Positions 1 through 13,110 of a stretch of 64,000 nt of DNA are shown here, one piece after another. The notes under the pieces were generated by a model. That model was not told the DNA's origin. It ran no database searches and saw only the letters and a list, made by a program, of their open reading frames with translations. Numbering within the stretch: the first letter of the stretch is position 1; the number at the start of each line of letters is the position of its first letter. The translations under genes were made by a program, and so were the position numbers. The stretch covers positions 77,872,001 through 77,936,000 of the forward strand of contig OX597828.1 in the NCBI GenBank assembly GCA_951406725.2, read 5' to 3'. Origin of the DNA: Octopus vulgaris. Its lineage: Eukaryota.

Positions 1-102
1 ATATAAAAAATGTAATATATAAATAAATATCTATAAATATGAACCATCCGATCTTCTGATTACCTCATTTCTTTTAATATATATATGTATATAAAACATA
101 TA

Positions 103-345
103 CAGGGTTGGCCAAAAGTCACCCAACAGTAAATCAAAAATTCCATAAATACTTAATATTCAATTTTATTTATTCATTCCAATTATGAATGTTTAATAAT
201 TGAATGTTGTGAGTTAAAAATCACCATTTCTTTCCCCCCCCCACCATTTATTTATTACTGAAGTCACATGTAAACTAATTTTTTTGTTTTAATCTTGGAA
301 TTAAATGGTTTCGATTTACTGTCAGGTGACTTTTGCCCAACCCTG
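103..345. mobile_element. Tc1/mariner-type MITE
   Basis: ~33-bp terminal inverted repeats (cagggttggccaaaagtcacccaacagtaaatc / gatttactgtcaggtgacttttgcccaaccctg) flanked by TA on both sides; no ORF. Confidence 0.75.
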
Positions 346-454
346 TATATATATTATATATACATACATGCAAGCATGTATGGGGAAAACAGTCTTCAGT
401 TTTCACACTATTCATTTTGTACGGTTTCACTTTAGCATGCTTTGTTATACTCCT

Positions 455-790
455 TTACTCTTTTATTTGTTTCAGTCATTCAACTGTGGCCATGCTGGAG
501 CACTGCACTTTAAGTCAAAATAATCAAACCCAGGACTTATTCTTTGTAAGCCAGGTACTTAATCTTTTGGTCCCTTTTGCTGGACTGCAAAATTATGGGG
601 ACGTAAACATACCAACATCAGTTGTCAACAGACACACAAACATACACACACACACATGACAGGCTTCTTTCAGTTTCCGCCTACCATATCCATTCACAAA
701 GCTTTGGTCAGCCCGAGGCTGCAGTAGAAGATACTTGTCCAAGATGCTATGCAGTGGGACTGAACCTGGAACCATGCGCTTGGTAAGCAA
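455..790 (-). mobile_element. tRNA-derived SINE, family A
   Basis: Reverse complement of the family-A sequence seen intact at 7822-8215. Confidence 0.75.
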
Positions 791-1269
791 GCTACTTACC
801 ACACAGTCACTCCAACTATATAGGGCAAATTCTTTTTATAATCTACCTATAATATATAACTTATAATTTACCCCAATAGAATCACCCATTCTATTTTGAC
901 ATTTGGTTTTACTTTCATTTCCTTTCTTTGATAATAGTGGAGGAAAGCACATTTCTGAATTGCAATTTTAAATATATATGTATGTATATATATATATATA
1001 TATAAAATTTTCTTTGTAGAACCTAAATATTTCAGTTGTCAGTATTTTACATCCGAAAATGAAATCCTGCTTTTAGTGATTTATAAGGCTTGGATGGGAT
1101 ACCTGTTTATATTAAAAATTTGAATAAAAGATAATATAAAAATAAGAATAATAAGATATAAAGTGTAAATGAATTAAGATATAATAACATGAAAACCATG
1201 TATGCGTGTGTAGATACATGTATTCAAGGGAGAATAAAGAGAGTTCAGTAATACACGATATCATGTAAG

Positions 1270-1545
1270 CAGTGGCAGACTGGGTCTAAAAATATTAGTT
1301 GCCAGGAGAGTAAGGGGGCCCACCCGCAACTCCAATGCTATCATTTAATTTTATTCTTTTTGTTTAAAGTATTCTTTTCAACTGTCTACAAACACAGCCA
1401 GGCTGGAATAATGCATCCTTTGAGGAGTGAATAAAAAATTCTCAAATTTGAGGAGATACTAACATGGGCCACCATAAATGGATTCTAATGGTGCAGGGGC
1501 CCACATGCCATCAGGCAAGCTGGCAACCTGGCCAGTCTGCCACTG
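1270..1545. mobile_element. hAT-type MITE
   Basis: TIRs cagtggcagactgg / ccagtctgccactg; 8-bp target-site duplication catgtaag (1262-1269) / catgtagg (1546-1553). Confidence 0.75.
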
Positions 1546-1784
1546 CATGTAGGTAAAAGTCAGTTAAAACCTATGGCTGTTTCAGTAAATGTTAAGGGGC
1601 TGTAGGAACAGTCCTTATTCAATTCCATCGAATGATATTTCCTTCTTCAGGGTTCACTGCTTGTGGTAAGGTTCAGCTAAAATTCTACATGATGAATTCC
1701 TATTGGTGGGTGGACATCAAATAATCAAATAATTAAAAATATAACTAGCAAAACTGATACAGCATCATCCAAAATATATGTATA

Positions 1785-1851
<67 letters not shown>

Positions 1852-2199
1852 GTTCCACTGAGGTAAGTTCAACTTAAAAAGTACTCCATCCAGTGACATA
1901 CATATGAGGCAATGACAAGTGACTGAGACCTTGGTGATGTGCTGTGCTTGAGAAGATTTGTCAATCCAAGTGAAAGCATAGCTGTGGCCGATGCTGGTGT
2001 CATGTAAGTGGTATGTAAAAAGCACCCATTACACGTTTGGAGTGGCAGCGTTAGGAAGGGCATCCAGCTGTAGAAACCAACAGATAACTGGAGCCTGGAC
2101 AGATCTTTGGCTGGATAGTTCCTATCAAAGTGTCCAACCCATGCCAGCATAGAAAACAGATGTTAAATGATGATGATGATATATATATATATATATATA

Positions 2200-2585
2200 C
2201 AGGCACAGGCATGGCTGTGTGCTAAGAAACTTGGTTCTGAGTTCAGTCCCACTGCGTGGCACCTTGGGCAAGTGTCTTCTATAGCCTCCGGCCAACCAAA
2301 GTCTTGTGAATGGATTTGGTAGACGGAAAGCTGAAAGAAGCAAGTCGTATATATATATATGTGTATGTATGTATATATGTAAATGTGTCTGTGTTTCTCC
2401 CCACCACCACCATCCCTGCTTGACAACTGGCGGTGGTGTGTTTATGTCCTTGTAACTTAGCAGTTTGGCAAAAAGAGGCCGATAGAATAAGTACTAGGCT
2501 TACAAAGTCCTGGGGTCGATCTGTTCGACTAAAACCCTTTAAGGCAGTGCTCCAAAAGACTGAAACAAGTAAAAGAATAAGAGAA
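2200..2585 (+). mobile_element. tRNA-derived SINE, family A
   Basis: A/B-box-like head, conserved body, internal (TA)n/(TG)n, tail gactgaaacaagtaaaagaa. Confidence 0.75.
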
Positions 2586-2619
2586 CACAGACATACACAT
2601 GCATAGAGATGAACACAAG

Positions 2620-2955
2620 AACACAGACACACACAGCCATACACTCACATGTATTCGAACACACACACACATCATCATACACTCACACATATTCAAACAC
2701 ACACAGTCGTCCACTCACATATTCAAACACACACACAGTCATACACTCATACATGTATTCAAACACACACACAGTCATACACTCACATGTATTCGAACAC
2801 ACACACACATCATCATACACTCACATATATTCAAACACACACAGTCATGCACTCACATATTCAAACACACACACAGTCATACACTCACATGTATATTCAG
2901 ACATACACACACGCAGTCATACACTCACACATGTATTCAAACACACACACACACA
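2620..2955. repeat. CA-rich minisatellite
   Basis: Repeated acacagtcatacactcacatgtattc(g/a)aacacac units; explains the H/T-rich ORFs at 2599-3111. Confidence 0.85.
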
Positions 2956-3202
2956 GATAGTAAGCATCAATTATCTCCATCAATTCTCATTTTAGACTTC
3001 CAAAAGGAGAAAAGTTTGGATAATTCTAGAAAGCTGATTTTATCGAAAAAGAAAAAAAAAATTATCATAGTTGAAAAATCTTTGATCATGAATATATTCA
3101 GCGTGGCCTGACCTAGAGCTAAGCAACTCAACCGATACTGACCTCTGTCCACAAGACAGGAATTAGAAACAAAAAAATATATACATAAATAAAATAACTC
3201 AC

Positions 3203-3264
3203 CTGAAATTTTCCATTCCACTTCAACAGATTGTACACCTTTACAAACTCGATTCTTTAGGATT
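3203..3264 (-). CDS. GEN1: GEN1 coding exon 9 (chromodomain start)
   Basis: ttgtag| [20 protein letters not shown] |gtgagt; 62 nt, phase 2 to 1. Confidence 0.85.
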
Positions 3265-4716
3265 CTACAATGTCAAGAAATTTACTGAGCTAAAAATGGT
3301 TCAGGTATGGTTATGTGGTTTATGAAGTTTGATTTGTAACCAAATGTTCTTAGGTTTAAGACTGCAGTGTGAAACCTTGGGCAGGTATCTTTGATCGTAC
3401 CCATGGGTTGTATGAGTGTAATGCAATAAGCAGAAACCACACAGAAGCCTAATATGTACCTTCTCTATAGCAAGACACCTATTTGCGCCTCCCTCTTTCT
3501 CTGTTATAGTCTAACCTTTCATCATTTGATACTGGATCACCTCCTCTTCTAATGCCCCACCCCCCACTCTGTTGTGGCAAGACATCTGCTTCTGTTTCTT
3601 TCTGTCTCTCTGTCACAACACTAACTTTTCATCCTCTGACACAAGTTCCTTCTCTCATAATTCCTTGTCTTGCGAGTTACTTCTTGGTTGCCCTGCCATT
3701 TCTGATGCCACATTTAAAAAATCCAGTCCCCACTGTAAAGTGGTTGGTGTTTGGAAGGGTATCCAGCAGTAAAAATCATGCTGAAACTAACCTCACCTGT
3801 GCTAGTGCCAAGTGAAAAGCACTGAGTCAACTCTGCAGAGTGGTTGGTGTTAGGAAGGGCATCCAGCTGTAAAAACCCTGCCAAAACAGACAGAGTAGCC
3901 TGGGGTAGTCTTCTACCTGGCTAGCTCCTGTCAACCATCCTACCCATGAATGCATGGAAGATGGACATTAAATGATGATGATGATATATATTGATGATTG
4001 ATTGCAAAGTGTTTGGTGTTAGGAAGGACATCTAACCATAGAAACCACAGACAATGGAGTCTGGTGTGCCCTCCCCACCCTCCTGGCTTTACCAGCTCCC
4101 ATCAAACTGTCCAACTCATACCAGCATGGAAAAACGGATGTTAAATGATGATGATTGATTGATTGATTGGCTGATAGAGAAACAGATATATATACTACAT
4201 AAATTAGGTTGGAAAGAAAGTTGTGTCGCATTTCAAAATGGAGTGGGGGGGGGGGTAGTGAGGATAAATGCTTCTAGGATTTTAATTGATTTCATCAAGA
4301 TATTTTCCCTCATTATTTCATAACAAAATCCCATCTTATATTATTTACATTTGATGGATATTTGTCCTCATCTTGTTTGTTGTTAACAAAATGTTTCGGC
4401 TGATATACCCTTCAGCCTTCATCAGGTGTCTCGGGGAAATTTCGAACCTGCGTTTTCATTCCTAAGGTATTTTGCGATATTATTGGCACGTAAAAAGCAC
4501 CATCCGATCATGGCCATTGCCAGCCTCGCCTGGCCTCCGTGCCGGTGGCACGTAAAATGCACCCACTACACTCATGGAGTGGTTGGCGTTAGGAAGAGCA
4601 TATCAGCTGTAGAAACATTGCCAGGTCAGACTGGGCCTGGTGCAGCCTTCTGGCTTCCCAGACCCCAGTTGAACAGTCCAACCCATGCCAGCATGGAAAG
4701 CGGATGCTAAACGATG

Positions 4717-4753
<37 letters not shown>

Positions 4754-7700
4754 TCACTGCCTGAAATCAAACTTGGCATATGGTGTAGTGGTTAAGAGTG
4801 CAGGCTACTAACCCCAAGATTCTGAGTTCGATTCCTGGCAGTGACCTGAACAACAACAACATCGAAAAATACCTTAGGAATGAGAACCCAGGTTCAAAAT
4901 TTCCCCAAGTCACCTGATGAAGGCTGGAGGGTATATCAGCCAAAACATTGTGTTAACAACAAAGAAGATGAGGACAAATATCCGTCAAATGTAAATAATT
5001 CCTCATCTCTTAAATATAGAACTGTAAAATCCCAACTATTTAGCATATCATTGATCACTTGCGCATAAAATTCTTCAGCTTTGGAAGCAACAAAACACTA
5101 AATATCATTTCTAACCTCATCACAATTAATTAACTGTTTTCTCTCGAAATCAGTGGTCTGCAACCATTTTTTGCCTATGAACCCCTACTGAATCTCCACA
5201 GCCATTTGATGCTTAAAAAAACGTCTGCTGTTGTTTTTTTTTATATATATCATCTATATAATATTATTAGGAATTGTATCAAAAAAATTTTTTAATATTT
5301 TGTTAACTTTAGAAATATAATCAATTTATTTCATGTAAACTTTAACGACAAAATCTTATATGGACCCCGCCAAAGGTCATATGGACCCCAGTTGAGAGCC
5401 ACTTTTCTAAATAAAATAATGTTGCAATGTTCTGAAAAATTGAGTCAGATGAAGAGAACGAGGCTGATGAGGCAAAACTTCTAAATTCACTGCCAAATGC
5501 TTTTCCTGAGTGACTTGGGCGATATGTGGTCGTACGTTACCATGTAAGAGCAACACCTGTGTCTCAAGTATTTTGGATCACATTTGTAAGGTTGCGGGTT
5601 CGATTGCCAAAGGCATTGTGTCCTTGAGCAAGACACATTATTTCACTTTATTGCTCCAGTCCACTCAGCTGGCAAAAATGAGTTGTAGCTGTATTTCAAA
5701 GGGCTGGCTTTGACACATTTCGTATCACACCGAATCTCTCTGAGGACTATGTTAGGGGCATGCATGTCTGTGGAACGCTCAACCACTTGCACATTAATTT
5801 TTCAAGCAGGTTTTTCCATTGACCAGACTGATGTAACCAACGGGGTACCAGATTTTAAGAGCAACCTCCATTTACAACTGATCAAGGAGAAGCACCTTTT
5901 CTGCTGCAATGCTTCCAACAACCAACAATGCTTCTCCACATTTTGGTTTCACATTTCATGACAGCTGCTACTCTTCATGTCTCACCAAACACAGAACATA
6001 ACTTTTTCCCTTGTCTTGTCAATGGTATGTGATGGTGGTGGTAGTGGTGGTTGTTCGTTTGTGATAAAATATGGACTGGTAGTAAATGTGATGGTGGTAG
6101 TGTTGGAAAAGGGTACTCACTTTACAGGGGTGAGATAAAGTCCACGAGTTTTAGTTGTGACCAGACCGACTATCTCCAACATAATCCATCTTGTAAGAAG
6201 TGGTAGAACTTTCTGCACAGCATAATCTTTGGGCCATTCCAGATTGACAGCCATGAAATTCTATAAAAGTAACATGAAACAAGTACTTATATAATTATCT
6301 CTAGAATAACAAGAAAAACATGAATGAAAAAATAATTTATAAAATTTTAATGTTGTTTAGCACTGGGTTCATCCTGATTAACAATACCTATGATCAAAGA
6401 CAATCTAGCTTTGACTGTCCTGTCTTTTTAGACATATTCTATTTCAGATTTGGTGTTAGAAAGAGCCATCCTAACATAGAAACCATGCCAAAGCTAACAT
6501 GAAGCACAATGCAGCCATGTGGCTCACCAGATCCAGTCAAATGGACATTAAATGTTGATGATGTTACCCAATATGTACTGTTCGGTCAAGAAAACCCTTT
6601 AATCTTATTGAGGACACAACTACCTTACTTGTGCTGGTGCCAAAAGGCACCCAGAACACCCAGTGGTAAGAAGGGCAGACAGCTGCAAAAAACTAAGCCT
6701 CAAATAAAATGTGTGAGTCAGGTGTGGTACTCTGATCATACTGAGGAGGACAGTGACTCCAAATGAGAACAAATTCATATTATGATCACCAGACGATTCT
6801 TCATTTTCTTCTTTAAAGAAAGTAGAGTGTGATTTAAGAGAGATCTGGCTGTTATTTCTAGCAGGAGGAGTTGCCATAAGAAGCTACCTGAAACAGAAAA
6901 TAGTGATGAATCTGCAGCTGGCACTTGAACTACCTGTGTTGCACACCTGTCGGCCGATTTACCAATTACACAATAAAGAAAGTGTTGCTTTCATAAAATT
7001 GTTAAGTTGAAACAACATCAACAACTTTTGTCTTGCAAGACACTTGGTGACTCTGTCAATGGCTGGTGCCACATAAAAAGCCCTTGGTACATTCTGTAAA
7101 GAGGTTGGTGTGAGGAAAGGCATCCAGCTGTAGAAACCATGCCAAAACAGACGACTGCAGCCTGGTCAGCCCTCCAGCCTTGCCAGCTCCTGTCGACCTA
7201 TCCAGTCCATACTAACATGGAAAACGGACACTGAATGATGATGATGAACTTAAGAATTGGTAATGGCAGGAAGTCTGTAGAATTATTGGTGACATAGTCA
7301 AATAGCAAGTGATAGATACATAGTTCAAATCCTACCAGTGGTACTATTGTTCTGCCTCATGTTATGTTTGTAATAACTAATGGTATTGTTCTGTTTTGTG
7401 TCTATAATGTGGAGTGCCATGATACATGGTTCAAGCCCAGCCAATGGTACTACACAAATAATAAAAGCTGTGATTTGGCAGTTATTTCTAATGGATGAGG
7501 TGGTTATGTAGAGGCTCACACAGATTCATGAACAAAACAATTATGTTGTGCTTAGTAGAAATCTCACCTCAAATTTCTTCATATTTGGACTTTTCCACTG
7601 AAGATTGTTCTTTGGTAAAACATCTTTAGAAACTAAGAATTCTTCAATTATCTACAATATAGATGAGTAAATAAAAACGTAACAACAAAAGAAGAATATC

Positions 7701-10000
7701 ATTATTCTTGGTATCATCAACTGTTTCATTGTCTTCCTTTTCATCATGACCGCTGTCATTATCATATTTTCTGGCACACAAGTTGAAGTTTTCAGATCCT
7801 GTTCACAGCATTAATTCTTATAGGCGCAGGAGTGGCTGTGTGGTAAGTAGCTTGCTTACCAACCACATGGTTCCGGGTTCAGTCCCACTGCGTGGAACCT
7901 TGGGCAAGCGTCTTCTACTATAGCCTCAGGCCGACCAAAGCCTTATGAGTGGATTTGGCAGACGGAAACTGAAAGAAGCCCGTCGTATATATATATATAT
8001 ATGTTTATGTGTCTGTGTTTGTCCCCACCAACATCGCTTGACAACCGATGCTGGTGTGCTTACATCCCCGTAACTTAGTGGTTTAACAAAAGAGACTGAT
8101 AGAATAAGTACTAGGCTTACAAAGAATAAGTCTTGGGGTCGATTTACTCGACTAAAGGCGGTGCTCCAGCATGGCCACAGTCACATGACTAAAACAAGTA
8201 AAAGAGTAAAAGAGCAAAACTTGTAGTTAAAAAATGGCAGGTCAGCTTCTACACAAAGATGATTTTGGACGACCAAAAATCCATGTGAAATGCAGGAGGA
8301 TTTGGAAAGACAGCAACAATGTTTGAATGTTTACATTACATGTTTACACTACATGTTTACACTATAACACAATATCAGCTTGTATGCCGGAAAATATGGC
8401 ATTATCATCTCGCTCATATTTGCATGGAAAAACAGTTTCATAATGATGATGGCGGCTATTTTGCTTTGGCGTTTTTGTGACAGAATGAGGAGAACGACAT
8501 AAAATAATATAATATAATAGTAATGAAACTATTGTGCACAGTGCTCAGGTGCACTACAACTCCTCAAAGGTGCATGTAGAGTACATAGAATTATGTACCA
8601 AAGTCAGGAAAGTGAAGAGTGTATGAGCCACGATATACATGTGTGCATGCGTATGGAGCAGGAGGGGATATCAAGTGTAGTGTTGGCGAATTTCAGGAAA
8701 CATGGAGGTTTTAAAGGATGCAATGTCTCAGCAACTAACAACTGATGCAGGCAGTTTGTGCCATGCTTCAGCAACTCTTGAGTGTGAAAAAATGTTCAGA
8801 AAGTCATGGGAGGTATGCTGTTTCCTGACTTTGTAGCCATGCCCACATGTGTTAGACACATGGAGCTCAAAAAGGTGCTCAGGGTGGTTGTTGGCACGAT
8901 GGTTAATAATTTTGTGGGTGTTTACCAAGTCAGTTGCCAGACATCGGAGCTTCAATGTATCTATGCCCAGGGAAGCAAGGCATTCAGAGTATGGTAGATG
9001 CCTGATGGAGGGTATTTGCTTGGTTGCATGTCTCTGAACAGTATCCAGGAGGTTGATGTCCTGAGCAAGATAGGGGTTCCAGACTGATGATGCAAGTGTG
9101 GCCACACCATAGCCATATACAGCCTTAAATAGATAACTGGAGAGCTGCTGACAAAGATCTTGCTGAATGATGTCAAGATACCCTCAGCCTTCTTGACAAT
9201 TTTAGAGATGTGCTTTGTCCAGCACAAATGTAGCATTTAATTAGATTTCCGTATATTGTCAGTTCAAATCTCACTGAGGCTGATTTTGCATTCTGTCTTT
9301 CAAGGGTCAATAAAAAATGGAAGTCAATATAACTCTGCTATTCTTACTTCAAAATGTGTGGCTTTGTGTCTATGATAGAAATTATAATTGTTATTGTTGT
9401 TGTAATCACATGTAGAGCAGTAAAGAGAGTAGAACATGGAGAAATTAGTTTACAGCATGTAGGTGTGACCCTCCACATTCACATTTCAAGTCCAGTCTGA
9501 GTTCTGTGCAATTTCGAAAGTGAAACATTCACGGTAGAACATATAACAACGAGGCCATACCATTCCAGATCTAACAGACAGGTAGAAGGCTTTGTTGATA
9601 CCATCAAGAGAGCCCTTAGAAAATTGAATAAAGAATCATGGATGAGGTAGCTCTACAACAATTTTTAAGAGTGTACCATGTGACACCAAATCTGAATACT
9701 CCAGCAGAGCAGATGCTTGTAAGGAAAGTAAAATCAGTCTTTGATAAATTGCTACTTGGCAAGACATAGCAAAACATTTTTAAGTTGGTGAAAAGGTGTA
9801 TATGAGGGTATACAAGAATGGGAAACACAGTTATTTTAATGAGTTGTATTTATTTATCACCCGATGAGATACATCTGTGCCACCGGATGCTCCTGAACCA
9901 GTTGTTGAGTGTCCAACCCGAGAGGAATCGATGCTAGATGTGTCGAAACAATTGTTGTGAATAATAATAAATTCTTCTGTCTTTCATTTACCATGTGTAC

Positions 10001-10031
<31 letters not shown>

Positions 10032-13000
10032 CTTACATGCATGTATGTATATGCTTAGTGTTTTGTATGTTTGTATATCCAGGAATAAAGTAGCTTTGAG
10101 CATGATGAAAGGTCAAACCGATTAAAATATATTTCAAATATATATCCACTTTCAAAATAAGGTTAATTGTTTGGTAATGGTTTAGAAATACCAAGTATCC
10201 GATTGTACCTGTTCAGATGGAAAGCCGGGTAACTTGCAGGCTTTCTCCCAGACTGTCCTCTCAATATCACAACAGCAGTCTGAAGATTTCATGGAGCGCC
10301 ACTGACGAAATCTACAAAACAGAATGTATATATATAAACAAACATGTACATACATCTCTAACTGTCGTATAAACACACACACAGACTGAAAAATCAAACA
10401 TACTCACACTTGTATATTTAAACACACATACACATAGATTTACTCATATTATGAGTTAAAGAAATATATAATCAAAGACATATACACAATCATAGCACAC
10501 ACAAGTGGCTGTGTGGTAAATAGCTTGCTTACCAACCTCATGGTTCCGGGTTCAGTCCCACTGCGTGGCACCTTGGGCAAGTGTTTTCTACTATGGCCTC
10601 GGGCCAACCAAAGCCTTTTGAGTGGATTTGGTAGACGGAAACTGAAAGAAGCATGCCACATGTATATATGTGTGTGTGTGTGTGTGTTTGTCCCCCACCA
10701 TCGCTTGAAAACTCATGGTGGTGTGTTTACGTCCCCATAACTTAGCAGTCGGCGAAAGAGACCAGTAGAATACTCTTTACTCTCTTACTTGTTTCAGTCA
10801 TTTGACTGTGGCCATGCTGCAGCACCGCCTTTAGTCAAGCAAATCGACCCCAGGACTCATTCCCTGTAAGCCTAGTACTTATTCTATTGGTCTCTTTTGC
10901 TAAAATCTGAAGTTACGAAGATGTAAACACACCAGCATCGGTTGTCAATGATGACACAAAGACTAAAAATGGAGATTTGAAAGGAAGAGATAGGAATGCA
11001 AGTGTAAAGCGTAGTTAATGGCCTCGAGCAGTGATGGGCGACTGGCAGCCCTTGGGTCAAGTCCTGTAGCATGCAGGACTCCTTGAACAGCATATCTAGT
11101 GTCTTAAATTTGGATTTTGTCTTCATTAACAGGGGTGGCCAGATCTACCTCAATGCTGACCATTAGGAACCCTAGCTTCTTGCTCCCTTACCCCTACCAG
11201 CCTCAGAGTTCTTGCAGAAGGTCATGGTGGGGATCAGCAGTGATGACTTACTCCTTAATCTTGGTTTTGTCCCTGTTAACAGGGGTGGCCAGATCTACTT
11301 CAATGCCATAGCAACCGAGGTAGGCAGGTGCATCCCACCCCAACCTTTGGACTGGCTGGCAGGTGTCCATTCTCCTTGGCTGTCATGTGGCTTTTTTGGA
11401 GCTGGATTTTCTACGGGGAGCAGGCCCTTGCTCACTCCCAACCTCAGTTTCTAGACATGAGTGGTCCCAAGACTAAGGCCTCTACCATGATTTTTAAGGA
11501 ATGTGGTGGAAAACTAGCACACGAAGGCAGGGACACTACCCCCTGAGACCCCCCCTACCTACCTATTGAAAAATTAATTACCTTTAACTTTTTTTAGCTG
11601 TGTAGTGCACCTGATGATGAACAAGGTCTCGTGGGGCCTGTTTCTCAAAAAAAAAAGGGTTGTTCATGTCAGTTCTAGAGTATGTACATCTGCTGACCTA
11701 AGAAGGGGATAGGAAAGACTCAACTAGTGTTGGTACCATATAAAATGCACTTTGTAAAGTGGTTGTTGTTAAGAAGGACCCCTAGCCATAGAAACCATGC
11801 CAAAGTAGACAATGAAGCCTGGTCCAGTACTCTGGTTTACCAACTCCTGTCAAACCCCATTCAACTCATGTCAGCATGGAAAGCGGATGTTAAATGTTGA
11901 TGATATATAAATACACACACACATATATATGCATGTGCGTGTGTGTGTGTGTGTATAGGCAAATTGGCCGATGCCAGTAGCATGTGAAAAGCATCCTTCG
12001 AGTGTCGAGCCTCATGGGAGCAATGACGAATGACCAAGTCCTTTGGCATTATGTTGGGCTTGAGAAGAAGACCCATCAAGCCAAGTAAAATTGCAGTCGT
12101 GGCAGATACTGGTGTCATGCCAATGGCACATAAAAGCACCTATTACACTCTCAGAGTGGCTGGCATTAGGAAGGGCATACAGCTGTAGAAACCATGCCAA
12201 GTCAGACTGGAGTCTGGTGCAGTCTTCCAGCCTGCCAGTCCTGGTCAAACTATCCAACCCATGCCAGCATGGATAACAGACATTAAACGATGATGATATT
12301 GGTCCAATACACAATTAACTGGAAAGCTGTATTTATTATTTTTCATTTGCTTGTTTACAACCTGTGCTGTAGGAGAAATAAGGTGGTTTTTAGTGCCATC
12401 TGGTGTCTATTTTTAACGTGTTGGAGAGGTTCTTCCGATCCCTTTAATATAATTATACATTCATATATACAACAGGCTTCTTTCAGTTCTTGTCTAACAA
12501 ATCCATTCACAAGGCTTTGATTGGCCTGGGGCTATAGTAGAAAATACTTGCCCAAGGTAGCCAGGAATGCGATTGAACCTAAAAACCATACGGTTGGGAA
12601 GCAATCTCCTTACCCACACAGCCATGCCTGCACTTCTATACATTAAGGACTTTCTCATCATTAGATGATAGATGAAGCCAGAGAAACCAAGCTGAAACAG
12701 TCTACAGAACCTGGCCTTGACAGTTCCTGTTAAGCCATCTGACTCATGCCAGCATGGAAAACGGATGTTAAATGTTGATGTTGATCAAATGTTTGTGTTT
12801 ATACAAGCTCACTCCCACCATTAGATCGACATTGCCTGCACGGGTCACACAAGTATGCCACATGACTATCGCAGAGCAATGTGAAACGAAATGTTTTGGT
12901 CAAAGACACAATGTACTGCTGGGTCCAGGAATTGAAGACACGATCCAGTGGCAATGACGATAACAGAAGGTGACAAAATGTAATGAGTGGGAGTAGAGAT

Positions 13001-13075
13001 AAAGAGGCAAGGGTGAGAAGGGAGCTGCTAATCATTGATGATGATAATGAGTTACCACAACACTGATGATGATGA

Positions 13076-13110
<35 letters not shown>

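Larger units (their letters stand above)
4341..5000 (+). mobile_element. Fold-back element with tRNA-like head and hammerhead motif (HHR family 1); left arm interrupted by an RTE 3' tail at ~4485-4715
   Basis: 4774-5000 = A box tggtgtagtgg, B box gagttcgattcc, (caa)n, HHR-bearing body; 4341-4478 plus 4716-4773 = inverted partial copy. Confidence 0.75.

Noticed and set aside
4774-4840. Functional tRNA gene (also SINE heads at 7822, 14077, 15825, 58725)
   Set aside because: A and B boxes are present but acceptor stems are not, and each continues into a repeat body
5461-5508. Possible hammerhead agg CTGATGA ggca..tgcc
   Set aside because: GAAA is absent (AAAT), stem I is only 3 bp, and no second copy supports it
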